A DNA stretch of 63,958 bases, the filler included, from Octopus bimaculoides (lineage: Eukaryota): the NCBI RefSeq assembly GCF_001194135.2. It is 5 parts of 4 records of this genome, joined end to end, with 100 filler letters (N's around TTAATTAATTAA, not from the genome) between each part and the next. Parts side by side here need not be neighbours in the genome. Positions count along the whole stretch, not along the records: positions 1 to 20,801 come from NC_068982.1; 4 more parts are not named here. One strand, 5' to 3'. This document shows positions 1 through 13,238 of the stretch, in pieces. Each line of letters starts with the position of its first letter. The first letter of the stretch is position 1. The notes beneath the pieces were generated by a model that saw only the letters and a list, made by a program, of their open reading frames with translations, was not told the DNA's origin and made no database searches. The position numbers and the translations under genes were made by a program.

Positions 1-330
1 TTTGTTTAAAAGAGTTCCAACACTGTCTGTTTTTTATGTTTTATTTATATTCCTGCAGAACCAATGTGGGATATAGAATATGGAATATACAATATATAAT
101 ATAATATACAATATATAATATAAAATAAAATAAAATAAAATAAAAATGGATGGCACCATGAAATAAAGTATTGAATGTAGATGAAATATTGAGTGTTCAA
201 TATAAAGGATCAAATATATAAATATATAAAGGCTGGAAACACCCACACGGAAACATAGGGGAGCCACCCCACCAGAAAACAGTAAGTAGAGCTTTTTTCT
301 CCTTGGATAAAATTAGATGTGTATTAATAT

Positions 331-410
331 CGGTTTCAAATTTTGGTACAAGTCTAACAATTTCGGGAGTGGGGTGGTGCTAAGTCGATTATATCGACTC
401 CAGAAGTTAA
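331..410 (-). mobile_element. SINE family B, 3' fragment
   Basis: Reverse complement of the family-B tail (gtttcaaattttggtacaag...aagtcgattatatcgac) seen in the other B copies. Confidence 0.7.
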
Positions 411-439
411 ATTCTAATACACATCGATCCGTCGAGCTT

Positions 440-632
440 GTAGAATCTTTACGATGCCGGTGTTTCGTCCGTCTTTAAATCCTGAGTTCAAATTCCGTCG
501 AGATCGACTTTGCATTTCATCAGGGTCGATAAAATAAGTACCAGTTGAGTACTGGGGGTGTCAATGCAATCCACTTACCACCTCCCCAAAATTGCTGGCC
601 TTGTGCCAAAATTTGAAATCAATATTATTACT
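440..632 (+). mobile_element. SINE family B (tRNA-derived), 5'-degenerate copy
   Basis: B-box-like gagttcaaattcc, then gtcgactttgc...gtcgataaaataagtaccag...aaaattgctggccttgtgccaaaatttgaaatc and an ATT tail, shared with about 12 copies in the window. Confidence 0.85.
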
Positions 633-3600
633 CTCATTATTTCATTGTTATTACAACTTTTATCTCATTTTTTAATGTTTATTTATAATGTTCTTTAATC
701 TAATTCACAGACAATGAGATAATAAATCCAGTTTAAGAATTCTCTTTCGGATATGACTAACTCGCTAAAGAAAGTGCAAGGATTTATAATTAGAAATATT
801 GCATTAACAGTTCCAGATTCTTTTACAGTTTCTGTAATAGTGAAAAAAGAATTCGTTTCACATGTAATTTTATATCTTACAGCCAAATCTAAACTTTGGG
901 GGTCTGGAATTGAAAAGAACAATTTTTTGAGAAGAATGAAATTCCTAAAAGTGACTAAAACTTAACATAATTGCTTTCAAACAGCGCAACTGAAAGTGGT
1001 TAGCAGCAAACTATACATTAGTATGTGTGATCATAACAGTTCATCGATTTTTTTTGGAACTTTGAAATTGTTGCTTACAAATCTTTGGAAAATCAAATGC
1101 GTTGTAAATACTCTGTGACTCCAAATAGCATGATAAGCAAGTTGAAAGTAGCTGGAGTGTATGATTATAAATCCTGAATATCTGCTAATAGCTTTGCAAG
1201 TTAAAAACAAAACGAACGACTTGCCCTACACCAAGAAGAATGTGGTAAAGACATATTAATGACGTACATTCTGAGCATAATTTAATTTTATACCGATAAT
1301 TTTGTTTCAGTAATTTAGCTTGTATTTTAGTTCAAATTTTACTGTGCTGAAATGTCTTGTTTGAAGTTTTCAAATCGTGTTTATAAATTGCTGACACTTT
1401 TTAAATAATAAATTATAAGTGTCCATAACTATCCGACATTGACGATCTTTGCACAACATATTTGTACATGGGGCGTTTTACTACTGAACACAATCATACG
1501 TAATAGAGTTTTAAAATATTTCTTATATTTTCCACTTTTTCTTTTACTTCTCATTTACCACTTCCCCTTAAGTCTACTCCTTCATTGCCTTACCCCTCCT
1601 TCTCATCACCGTCCATTGTTGTTGTTGTTGTTGTTTTTGTTGTTATTATCATCACCATCATCATCATCATCATCAAATTCCCTGTAGTTTTACCCCATAC
1701 ATAAAATTACGTTTTACGCATATAGAAAAACGTGATGTAATGTATTTCTGATTCACTATTACAAATGTTTGTGTCTAGCATGTTGGTAACATCTAGTACC
1801 ACTTGCATGCACATATGTAGCATATACACACACATACACGGGAACAAACATATACAAGCACGCATGAACACATACACACACTCATACACGCATACACACG
1901 CATACACATACATAGGCACGCGTACAAACATACATACAGACACATACATATTTTTGTAATTCCTATTCGTTGTTTCTTTTTCTTTTCTTTTAATGTTATT
2001 ATTAGATACACGATGTAAAATATATATTCTATCGCACAGAGTAAGCCCGAGGCATATATCTGACTATTTTTGAAAATGCTGGGTTCTATTAAAGCAAGCT
2101 TTTCTAATGTACGTGAGTAAATAAAATGATGAGAATTCAACAGCAGAAATTAAATATTGGGAAGTCTGAATATTAAAAACCCACAGTATTTAAAATCGGA
2201 AAAGTAGTTTATCACGAACGTCGGGTGTTTAGATTATTGAAATCGAATACTTTAACTTAATGGCGTCGTTTATCTTACATCATTTCCTTTCTGTTTGTAA
2301 TATGTCAAATTTTCTTGTAGCTCTTCTCAAGTATTAACACATTAAGCAGATTAACTAATATAGTCGAGAATACCATCAAGCGAAAACATTTCTGATTAGT
2401 AGAGTGAATGATCTGGTTTCAAATGACAAATATACATTTGATTAAATGTACGCCATTAATGAAGCTTCATAGATACGATATGTCATTTCACTCTTCAGTC
2501 GTATTGTTCTTTTCGATGCTACCTTATTGTGTTGAGTGTCACAAAACCTCTGTTTCGGATAAGTTACTTTCCTATGAGTACCATATACAATTGTGTATGT
2601 CTTAAAAATACTAAGAGACTATTCATACTGTATGGACCCCCACCCCATAAACCATCAAATTGATTGAAAAGAAAGTCATACGATGACAGTTCTCTTTTTC
2701 TCCAGCTAAGGTGAATATGTGAATTCCATTTAAATTTGCTCTTAGAGTTGAAAGTGTTTGGCAGATTTTAAATAATTTCTTTGACCAATCTCAATTTAGT
2801 GAAACAGCATTTGGTATTCATAATATTATGAATATTTATTATGTTGGTGAATAGAGACAGTGTAAGATACTCACTGTTTCGTATTAGATGGTGATACAGA
2901 TGTTACAACTATGAATTGGGACATACGATGTCTAGACAGGAAGTCGATTAAGAGTAGCTGAGCTTGTTATTTACAATTCATTGTTGCAAGGTTATAAACG
3001 AGTTCAGAATGAATTTCACTGAAGCAATTAAAAATTATATGTGGTAGGTATGGTTGGAAATGAAAATTAGGTCAGAATATGTTAGATAAACGGGAGACCT
3101 AATAATAAAGTGTTTCAGGTAAAAAAGGGATTCAGTAAACGGACAGCAAAAAAAAATTGTTGCCAACATATATTTAGCAAACTATTATAAGTAAAAATGA
3201 ATCTTGACATTTTTACTGTTAGCTGGATGCTGTTAAGAATGATATAACTACAAACCAGGATATAGTTTTGAGGAAACAACAGAAGTGGAATCCAAACGAG
3301 AGCATATGATCGGAGGATCTTAGTAGAGAATAGAATGGAAGATTTATACTGTGTATTGCTGAGATTAACGTCTAGCTTTGCGTTTTGCTACAACTTTCAG
3401 CCAAAGGTCTATAAAATTCTCCGAAACATAAGATGCGTAGTGAGAAGTGCAAAAAGCTAATAACTAGAACTAAATTTGGTAAACCTGTACAATGAGCAGC
3501 AACGGGATGTAAAAGTCAATTTATATATACTGAAGAGTGGTGCTCTTCTGAAAAAGTACAAAGAAATTACCACATGGAAAATAATATAATATACATAGCG

Positions 3601-3799
3601 TTGCTATATGCAGAGATAGTAATTTTGGTCAACGCGGTAGCTAAGATATGGACGGTTTATTGTCGTACCCACAGAAAGTTTGTGCAAGTTTTCTTTATAC
3701 ATCTTCCACGTTATATGCAAGGATTTGTTCAGCAGCAACGTTTTCCGTCTTGATACACGCTTCTGTCACACCTGTTGTTCTTTAAAATATTTGTCAGTT

Positions 3800-4040
3800 G
3801 TTGGCCGAGTGTAGTATCTTGATTGAAATTCTACCATAATTACTTTTATAAACACGGGTGGCGTAGCAGCAGCCTTCCCCATTGAAACAAATTAAATCAA
3901 GCGTGCAGGAGGAATAGTCAGTTGCAAACTCGTTGAACGATAAGACTAATTTTCTCCAAACTTCAATCCCAACCAACAATTGGCTCATTAACGAAATCTT
4001 TGTACAGACCAGTTTTTCTACTAATCTCATTGAAAACGAA
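3800..4040 (-). mobile_element. Decayed LINE reverse-transcriptase fragment (RTE/L2-like)
   Basis: Frame-broken translation FNEISRKTGL...VNEPIVG..SLEK and then RVYKSNYG resembles the region after the RT catalytic motif in RTE-type ORF2. Many stops. Confidence 0.4.
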
Positions 4041-4078
4041 CAGGAAACGGGAAATGTATATGTACAGCCAGACAGACA

Positions 4079-4110
<32 letters not shown>

Positions 4111-4250
4111 NNNNNNNNNNNNNNNNNNNNNNNNNNNNNNNNNNNNNNNNNNNNNNNNNNNNNNNNNNNNNNNNNNNNNNNNNNNNNNNNNNNGCATACA
4201 CACACACACACATAGATACATACATATCTATCTATGCATACATACATACA

Positions 4251-4281
<31 letters not shown>

Positions 4282-4762
4282 CAAATGAATAAACGAATAA
4301 GCAACTAACGATCTAGGAAAAGGTCTTTGACTCGAAATTCGGTTTATATTCAATTTTTTAAATCTCATCCTTTGAGATTTTTCGAGTTAAAACTCGTCTT
4401 TAAAACTCGTTGACTTGTTATGTTCACACGGACAAATGAGCGACAAAAGCAACGTAATACACACATCTCTGTTCTTCAGGTCGACTAAAACGATTCCAGC
4501 TTACCTCTATGGTTAAGAATCGGATTTTGGTCCCAAAACAAAATAGGCCTCGGTAAAAATAGCCGCCTATACAGGTTTTCTCTATGTTTAGCTGAAATGT
4601 AACTTTGTTCCTTTTAGGTAAGATTGTCTAGTGCTGTTCTATTACGATGCTCTATTGCGTTTAGTTTTTCCGATGTATGTGTTTTTTCAATATGTACGCC
4701 AATCAGTAAACTACGATTGTACTCAAACAGAATCTCTGACGTCTGTTGTCTTTCCTCTGACT

Positions 4763-5160
4763 GTTTGTTGTTGTTGTTGTTGGCACTCCGTCGCTTACGA
4801 CGTCGAGGGTTCCAGTTGATCCGATCAACGGAACAGCCTGCTCGTGAAATTAACGTGCAAGTGGCTGAGTACTCCACAGACATGTGTACCCTTAACGTAG
4901 TTCTCGGGGATATTCAGCGTGACACAGTGTGTGACAATGCTGACCCTTTGAATTACAGGCACAACAGAAACAGGAAGTAAGAGTGAGAGAAAGTTGTGGT
5001 GGAAGAGTACAGCAGGGTTCGCCACCATCCCCTGTCGGAACCACATGGAGCTTTTAGGTGTTTTCGCTCAATAAACACTCACAACGCCCGGTCTGGGAAT
5101 TGAAACCGCGATCCTATGACCGCGAGTCCGCTGCCCTAACCACTGGGCCATTGCGCCTCC
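4763..5160 (-). mobile_element. SINE family C, full-length, (CAA)n tail, probable 12-13 bp TSD
   Basis: tRNA-like head ggaggcgcaatggcccagtggttagggc...gtttcaattcc; body 80-90% similar by eye to 9780-10126; (CAA)n tail; flanks ctttcctctgact (4750-4762) and ctttctctgact (5162-5173). Confidence 0.9.
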
Positions 5161-5164
5161 ACTT

Positions 5165-5400
5165 TCTCTGACTAGAGAGGATCTAATGTGACTGCTTACT
5201 GGTGATTGCTATAGCAGAAAGATAATATTTGGGCTGGTTGTTCAGATATATTTAGGCAGTTCTTTGATCAATTCTCCATCTGATCTTTGAACGAGGAGAA
5301 GTTGAATTAGACCCAATATCCACCGGGTTCCTTCATTTTTCTGTCACTTTGCCCCTATCATATATCTTGGTATTAATACCGGAATACTTTTGACAGCTCT
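5165..5400 (-). mobile_element. Possible decayed LINE ORF2 (region upstream of RT) interrupted by SINE C
   Basis: Frame-broken KEPGG...QLLLVQRSDGELIKELPKY resembles the K.PG.D.I..ELLK...LIK.L segment of LINE RTs. Same strand as the 3.8-4.0 kb fragment. Confidence 0.3.
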
Positions 5401-5459
5401 TCCACTCACATAAAGCTCTTGTTTCTAGTAGATAACAACAGTCAGTAGTTTTTACTTAC

Positions 5460-5788
5460 GGATCTCGTTCGCTTGACCTTATTGCATCGAGTCATGCGAT
5501 AGGTGAGTTGGTTGGCTAACCCATGATACTTCAGGTGGTTCATCGGGTTTACAAAATCTGATAAGAGGAAGTTGTCCTTCACCTCGATTTCGTATCTCTT
5601 AATTACGGACTGACCTGAAGGGAAAGAGACGATGCCGTGAAGAAACCCGAAAGAATCACCATGTGTTGGATTTTCTATGTCGTCGTGAAAGGCATTGAAA
5701 GTTATGAAATCTAATGGCTTCGTCTCTGGAATGAGTAACAAGGGCAACGTGCCATCGATTACCAAGCATAGAGCACCGCTACGTGCTC
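5460..5788 (-). CDS. Candidate internal coding exon of an unidentified host gene (109 codons + 2 nt)
   Basis: Stop-free frame (G)ARSGALCLVIDGTLPLLLIPETKPLDFITFNAF...LTYRMTRCNKVKRTRS, bounded by acceptor tttcatAG (5790-5789) and donor GTAAGT (5459-5454). Non-repetitive, no TE motif recognised. Confidence 0.4.
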
Positions 5789-6949
5789 CTATGAAACGAG
5801 ATTCATTGCAGTCATTCGTTTTATTTTATACTTTATCCACATTTAATCACTTCTTTGTTTACACGTTGCACTTACCACCTACATTCTACAAAACCACCTG
5901 AGCTCGCTACATGCATACATACATAATACATACATACATACACACGCACACGCACACGCACACTCATATTTATATATCGATAAATATTTTGAAGGTATAC
6001 CGAAAATATTCAAAACTTCGTGTGCAAAGTGATTATGAAGAGGGTTCAATGAGGGCGAGACTACAAAGAGAATGGTGCATGGTTTACTGTTTATGTATAG
6101 TGAAATACAGAAAGTTGTACTGTACGGAAACGGGAGAAATATCAAGAACGTAATTCTATACAGATTTTTATGCAGATAACTTTGTGAGAGTGCTCAAATG
6201 CAAGAATCAACATTGAAAATTAGGATATAAAATTAACTTACGGAAATGACTTGTTGTAGTAATTATGTGGATAAATATTTTGTTATAACTAGGGAAATAC
6301 AAAACATCGATCAGTTATTTTACGCCGCTAGTCGCTTCCATTCAACTGATCTCTCGGCCAGCATAAACATGAATTATGTTAATGTTCTGTGGAGACGTTA
6401 CACCTCAGTGTATAACAATTCTTTATTTTTCTGAATAATTGTCATAGATTTTACATTTACTAAAGAAATTAATGTAAAAGAAGAAACCGCATAAATTTAG
6501 TTTGTTTTTCAATCACTTAATTGTCAAGCTCAGATTTTAATCATACTGCAAGTAAATGTAATACATTCAAGCGAGAATTTTCACTCTCTGGTATCAATAG
6601 TCTACCTAATTGGTGTAAACAAACCACAGGTGTCTGAGTCAACAGTCTGTTGGATTAACAGCCAAAGTGTAAAACCCTTTACACAAGGTGAAGGCAAATC
6701 GACTGACATATCAATCAAATGTCTGTGTATATAGACACACACTTTTTCTGTTCTCTCTTTTTCGCCCTCTTTTTCCCCTCTTTTTTCTCTTTTTTTTTCC
6801 TGTCTAACAGAATAAAAAAACAAAGAAGTTCTGGTATTAATCAAACAATGCAGCCAAAAGTACACCAAACAGCTCTATACAATTAACTGATCAGAAATCG
6901 ATCAGTTCATTGATATTCCTGCCGATTTCAGAAAATAAAATGCTAATAA

Positions 6950-7176
6950 CAATAATAATTTTTTCAACTATAGACACAAAGCCAGAAATTATGAGGGAAG
7001 CGGGCAAATCGATTACACTGACCTCTCTACTTGATTGATATTTATTTGATCGATTCTGGAAGGATGAAAGGCAAAGTCGATTTCGATGGAATTTGAACTC
7101 AGATCGTAAAGAGCCAGAAGGAATGTTGCTAAGTGTTTTGACGGACGCGCTAATGATTCTGCCAGCTCGCCACCTT
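6950..7176 (-). mobile_element. SINE family B, full-length
   Basis: Head aaggtggcgagctggcagaatcattagc, B-box gagttcaaattcc, family body and ATT tail. Confidence 0.85.
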
Positions 7177-7644
7177 AAATAGTAATAATAATGATTTTTT
7201 TAAATTAATAACTAAAGGCTTACATTCAGGTGAGAAATGGTGCACGATGATACAATATGATATGACATGATATGATATGATATGATAAAATGCGGAGTTA
7301 TACGAAGGTGTGCAGAAGAAAGTAACAAAAACAAATAAGGAAAAATTCCAACAAGAAAAATTCTTCAAAAAGAGGGAGATCTTCAAGGAATGTTTGAGGA
7401 GACCATACAAAACCACGGTTACCTTAACAACTAAGGCACATGCCCTCTCTCCATCCTCTTCCCTCAATCTTAAAACGTCCCGTTCTCTTGGATTATTCTT
7501 ACAAATCTCAATTGTCCTTCAACAGCTTTGCTAGAAAGTAACACTTCCCTTTTTAACCTCATATCTCATTTCAAGTGGAACTTCAAACAAGATGATGAGG
7601 GCGAAAGAAGAAAGTGTGCCAATTTCGCGCTCTCGTGCAGTCAG

Positions 7645-7900
7645 ATGTGAACTGTGGTAAGGTACGATGGCCAGGCGGTAATATATATGACGTAGACGAT
7701 GTATGCATTCGCCACCACTGTTTGACCATTCAGTGATAATTTCTCTCGGCCAATTTCTAGGTGAGATTGGTCACGCTCTTCGTCATCTCGTCCTAATTTA
7801 TTCTTCACTTGGAGATCTGGATCACGGTAGCGCTCGGACAATTTAACTGGTCCGTCCCTCGTCACAAGACGCTGTCGGACTCCATCGAGCAAATTTATTT
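7645..7900 (-). mobile_element. Tx1/L1-clade ORF2 fragment (C-terminal part of RT)
   Basis: DGPVKL....DPDLQVKNK...REKLSLNGQTVVANAYIVYVIY matches the L1/Tx1 pattern 'YLG...W..R.LS..GR..V.N..I.S...Y' after the RT core. Confidence 0.6.
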
Positions 7901-8586
7901 CTATGTGTGTATACGTAAACACACGCATATATATGCATATACTATTTTATATTTATATATATGTATATTATATATCTATATTTAGTTATAAATATATATA
8001 TATGATATATACTTATATTAATATACATATATTGTATATAAATGTGTGTATGTATGTATAAACACACACTCATATAAATGCATTTGTATGTGTGTGTGTG
8101 CGCGCACGCGTGCTCGTGTGTAGGCTCTGAATTAGCATTTGTGCCAATGTTTTTGAGAAGAATACAAACGTCACACATCTCCCTCTGGATAATCAATAGT
8201 TATTACAAGCAACATTAAGTTCCGTGGTATATACTGTCATTTATGTAGATGGGAAGCTTCGGAAAGAGCAAACTGTCCAATTACGAATGAATGAATTACT
8301 GTTCCACATTGGTGTCAGTGATACAGAAAGTTTACAAAGAGGTATATAGACTATAAATAAACGGCAATTACATTCTATCTTTCGTCCTGCATAAGAACAC
8401 TTCAAAATGGCTGAATCGGTTGTTTATCATACCAAGTAATCAGTCAACTTGTCGCTTGGTTCTTTCCTGTTTTATGTTGTGCTTACGGTCAATACTTATA
8501 ATTCTTGGCGACGGAGACAATCTCTACGTCGTTCTCCTGGACTGCTAGAAATAGCTACCAAGTCCTTTCCATCTTTGAACCATATG

Positions 8587-8656
<70 letters not shown>

Positions 8657-8709
8657 ACACACACACATACACACGTATATACATACACACATATATGTAT
8701 GTATATATA

Positions 8710-8791
8710 CAGTATTGTTTCTACTTCGCAGATTTTCACCTATCGCAGGGGTTTTTGGAATGTAACTCCCGTGATAGCCGAGGGATTACTG
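8710..8791. mobile_element. Short derivative of a TA-flanked pogo/Tigger-like MITE
   Basis: Matches the right third of the 48205-48452 element, ending in gatagccgagggattactg|TA. Confidence 0.75.
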
Positions 8792-9779
8792 TAGTGTATG
8801 AATAAGAAGCAAAACAAGTAACAAACTCCGAGAAAACCAAGCCTAGCCTATGCACGTATGAGTAATAATCGAAGTGAACGAGAACTACAGAAACGAAAAT
8901 ATTGGTTTAAAATTTTACAATGAAATAGCTAAAGAATTAAAATAGACAAGAAATATTCCTACAGACCAACAATAATCCCTGAGATGAAACTAAATAAAAT
9001 AACAGTAACAATAACAGAAATAAAAGAGAAACAAATGAAAACAAAGTTTACGATGTTTAGGAAACTGCCCAGAGAGGACTTTGTGAAAGTAGATCCGAAG
9101 ATCATGACAAATAACAGATGCAGTAGTCGCACTAATCCCATAAGAATATCTAAAGAATGTGGAATATAAGCATACAAAAAAGATCCCAATTTTAACTCTC
9201 TGATGGAATAAAAAAGTGCAAGAAAGAAATGACAAAAATGAAAAGAAGGAAAAATTACTATATCCATACAACAATAAAAAAAACAAAAAAGTGATCAAAA
9301 TCAAAGAATGTCAAAACCAAAGAGAAGAAATCCGTCTTTATGAAAAATGAAGCCAATTCTTTGATGAAAATTAGCATTTTGATTCCAACAAGAACGTGTT
9401 ACTACGAGTAAAACCAAAATTTAAATTAACGCATCGCTGCCAACAGCACGAGAAGCAGGTTTTTGGTCGGAGTATGGACAGCGAATAAATAGCCACATAC
9501 CCGTATCAGAAAAAGAACGTTCCATTGCTACTCATTATCTTCACATGATGTAAACCCTAATTAATATATAAACCATAGAAAAGGCCATTCCAGGACAATT
9601 CATATGTCGAACAGTAAGAAGATGAAAATTTACACCGTTACATACAACAGGCAGATTTAGAAAAGGAATTAATACAAGTTCAAGGAAAAAGAAAGGAAAT
9701 TTAATAAAATATATTATATCAAATTAGATAAAAAAAAAAAGAAGGGAATGAAACGGAGGACTTTTGTACAAATACATCG

Positions 9780-10126
9780 TCGTGGCACTCCGTCGGTTGC
9801 GACGACGAGGGTTCCAGTTGATCCGATCAACGGAACAGCTGCTCATGAAATTAACGTGTAAGTGGTCGAACACTCCAGAAACACGTGTAACCTTAACGTA
9901 GTTCTCGGAGAGATTCAGCGTGACAAAGCTGGCCCCTCTGAAATACAGGTACAACAGAAACAGGAAGAAAGAGTGAGAGAAAGTTGTGGTGAGAGAGTAC
10001 AGCAGGGTTCGCCACCATCCCCTGCTGGAGCCTCGTGGAGCTTTAGGTATTTTAACTCTGGGAGTCGAAACCGCTATCCCACGACTGCGAGTCCGCTGCT
10101 TTAACCACTGGGCCATTGCGGCTCCA
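9780..10126 (-). mobile_element. SINE family C copy
   Basis: Collinear with 4763-5160 (gagggttccagttgatccgatcaacggaacag..., cagcagggttcgccaccatcccctg, ccactgggccattgcg). Confidence 0.9.
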
Positions 10127-10567
10127 CACAAATCCGTAAGAACTAACGAACAAATAAATATTAAAAGGAAACTAATACAAATATGAAACGACACAGAGTA
10201 AAGACAGAAACGTGAAAGAAAATTCTTCTCTGTCTTGAAAGAAGCCAAGAAATGTAAAACTGAAAAGCGAGAGTTCAAAGATAGGTCAGAAATGGTCTCA
10301 TCGAATGACAGGGAACCATACGCGTAGACAAACTAATTTATGCCAACAAGGAAATTAATGCAAGTCTTTTAAATATTTTCATCGAAGTTCATAATGCTAT
10401 ATCTCTTCGTCATTGTATCTATTCCAGGATTTGTCAATATAAGTCTACGAGGAATGATGTAAATGACCAAATATAAAGAGGGAGAGATAGAATGAAGAAT
10501 TATAGATAAATATCCAAAGAAAATATCAGGATTTACACCATACGGAAACTAGCACGACTGCACACAT

Positions 10568-10775
10568 TCTCTTTTACTCTCTTTTACTTGTTTCAGTCTT
10601 TTGATTGTGGCCATGCTGGAGCATCGCCTTTAGTCGAGCAAGTCGACCCCAGGACTTATTCTTTGTAAGCTTAGTACTTATTCTATCGGTCTCTTTGGCC
10701 GAACCGCTAAGTTACGGGGACGTAAACACACCAACATCGATTGTCAAGCGATGTTGGGGGGAAAACACAGACACA

Positions 10776-10813
<38 letters not shown>

Positions 10814-10967
10814 CGACGGGCTTCTTTCTGTTTCCGTCTACCAAATCCACTCATAAGGCTTTGGTCGGCCCGCGACTATAGTAGAAGACACTTACTCAAA
10901 GTGCTACGCAGTGGGACTGAACCCGAAACCATGTGGTTGGTAAGCAAGCTACTTACCATACAGCCAT
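10568..10967 (-). mobile_element. SINE family A, full-length, internal (CA/TA)n, GTAAAAGA tail
   Basis: Head tggctgtatggtaagtagcttgc...gggttcagtcccac, internal microsatellite, conserved 3' half, tail aaacaagtaaaagagagtaaaaga. Confidence 0.92.
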
Positions 10968-11040
10968 CTTCAACAGCACGAAGAACGTTACTGAGATGCC
11001 GTCCGTTGAACCGCAAATGAAAATAAACATGCAGTGGAAA

Positions 11041-11452
11041 TATCTTTTACTTGTCTCAGTCATTAGCCTGTGGCCATGCTGGGGCACTGCTTTGAAGAAT
11101 TTTTAGCCAAATGAATCGATTCCACTACTTATTTTTTTCTATTTTTGTAAGACTGTTAATTATTATATGGGTTCTTTTTGCAGAACCGCTTAGCTCCGGG
11201 AACGTAAACACACCAATACCGGTTGTCAAACACAAAGACAAGCACAAAGACAGAGACACACACACACATGCGCGATTATATAAACTCATACGAAGAGGTT
11301 CTTTTAGTTTCTGTGTACTAAATCCCCACATAAGGCTTTAATCGGTCGGAGGCAATAGTAAAAGACTCTTGCTCAAGGTGCCACATTGTGAGACTGAACC
11401 CGAAACCATATAGTTGGGAAGCGAGTCTGCTACCGCATAGAGGCACGCCTGT
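11041..11452 (-). mobile_element. SINE family A, older diverged copy in tandem with the previous one
   Basis: Same blocks as 10568-10967 with more substitutions. Confidence 0.85.
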
Positions 11453-12184
11453 ACTTATACCGTTACTAAGATATTTCTAACATATGCACCAAAAGCTTCA
11501 AATCTGTGGGTTTGGTGAGCTGGGCCAGTTCGATATACTCCGGTATTTAAGTGATACATAATTTATTGACCCCGAAACGGTGACATGTGAAATCAATCTC
11601 AACAAGATTTGAAACCAGCAGGTAAAGAAATTGGACCCAATATTACAAGATATATCCAATGATATATCATCACTTCTGCTAGTTCAACGCTCTCTTAATA
11701 CTCTGAAATACTATTGCTGAACGAAATTTAATATCGTTGCTAAGAGATAAATGCAATTAACATGAGATTGCTGGAGAGGGCTTATAGCGGCAATAACATA
11801 ACGACGTTGCTCATAAAATATTCTTAGGGCAGAAAGCAATACGCTTTACAAGACACAGAATTTTTGTGTGTATAATTCAAAAGGTTACTGGCACTTATGT
11901 TCAATGCTAATGCTTTGCAAAATAATATTGAAGACACCGATAAAAGCTTTTAAGGAGAAATCATCGAAATAAACTATAAAGGGTTTCATAACTAGAAACT
12001 AATAAACATCTTTACAATTAGACATAAATAAGGACTTTAATTACTTGTTTTTAATTAAGTTCTTCATTCTAGCTACTGACATTAATAAATCTCATTTCAA
12101 CCACTGGAAATCTTCATATTTCTTTTAGAGCAAGGCTTCAAAGATAAGTAGAACACTTCAGGTTTACACACATACGCACACACA

Positions 12185-12219
<35 letters not shown>

Positions 12220-13238
12220 AAACACGCACACACACACACATACACACACACACATACACACTCACACACATACACACACACACGCACGCACACACATATG
12301 TATATAGCATATATAATCTATGTATCTATTATACTTATATATAAACACATATGTATATAGTGCATAAATATGTATGCATATACGTATATATATATATANN
12401 NNNNNNNNNNNNNNNNNNNNNNNNNNNNNNNNNNNNNNNNNNNNNNNNNNNNNNNNNNNNNNNNNNNNNNNNNNNNNNNNNNNNNNNNNNNNNNNNNNNN
12501 NNNNNNNNNNNNNNNNNNNNNNNNNNNNNNNNNNNNNNNNNNNNNNNNNNNNNNNNNNNNNNNNNNNNNNNNNNNNNNNNNNNNNNNNNNNNNNNNNNNN
12601 NNNNNNNNNNNNNNNNNNNNNNNNNNNNNNNATATTTATCCGGGGTGATGGGGTATTGATATGTGTTTTGGAGGGAAGGATATTGTTTAAACATCGAAAC
12701 AAAACTTTTGACGGCTAATAATTTCCAGAGTAATCACAATAAACGAAAAAGCTATGGTGGTTTTCTTATTAGAAGTTTTACTCTTCGTGAATTTAACCCA
12801 TCAAGTGCCAAATTTTTTTATTCATATCTTTGGCTTTGCCAGGTGTCTTAGAAGTTAAAATAATATATGGTATTTAAATTTTCTTCATATGTGAATTATT
12901 TTGGAAATTATGATAGATTTTTCGAAAAGTCCCAAATGGGGATCAATGAAAAAAGCATATTTATTCTTTTCTATACAATTGCAATAATAAACATTTTGAA
13001 TGCGAATGTGTATGGAATATCAATGAATGATATAGATCGGAAATGCAAAAAAACAAAGACAAAAAACAAACAAACAAACCAAAAAACGTTTTCAAAACAG
13101 TCAATATTTTTGTAATTCAGAATTTACGATTTATGAGATAAAATGTCCTCTAGAATTAACCAGAGCAAATAATGACAAACTTTAACTATTAGATATACCT
13201 CTGCAAATGCAATGTACGTAAGCAATTCACTTTAGATC

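Noticed and set aside
2706-2710. Possible 5-nt microexon (tttttctccAG-CTAAG-GTgaat)
   Set aside because: Splice-like motifs arise often by chance, there are no partner exons on the plus strand, and it cannot be supported without RNA data.
4763-5160. tRNA genes at SINE heads (families A, B, C and the 57574 head)
   Set aside because: A/B boxes are present but there is no complete cloverleaf or acceptor stem, and they run into repeat bodies.
7641-7928. Apparent host exon with a TM-like end
   Set aside because: Motifs DGPVKL...PDLQ...KLSLNG..VVANAYI fit Tx1/L1 ORF2, so it is annotated as a TE fragment.
8496-8600. Ig-like 'WFKDGKDL' peptide on the minus strand
   Set aside because: Eight-residue match next to a (TG)n tract, with stops shortly after in all frames and no other Ig features.
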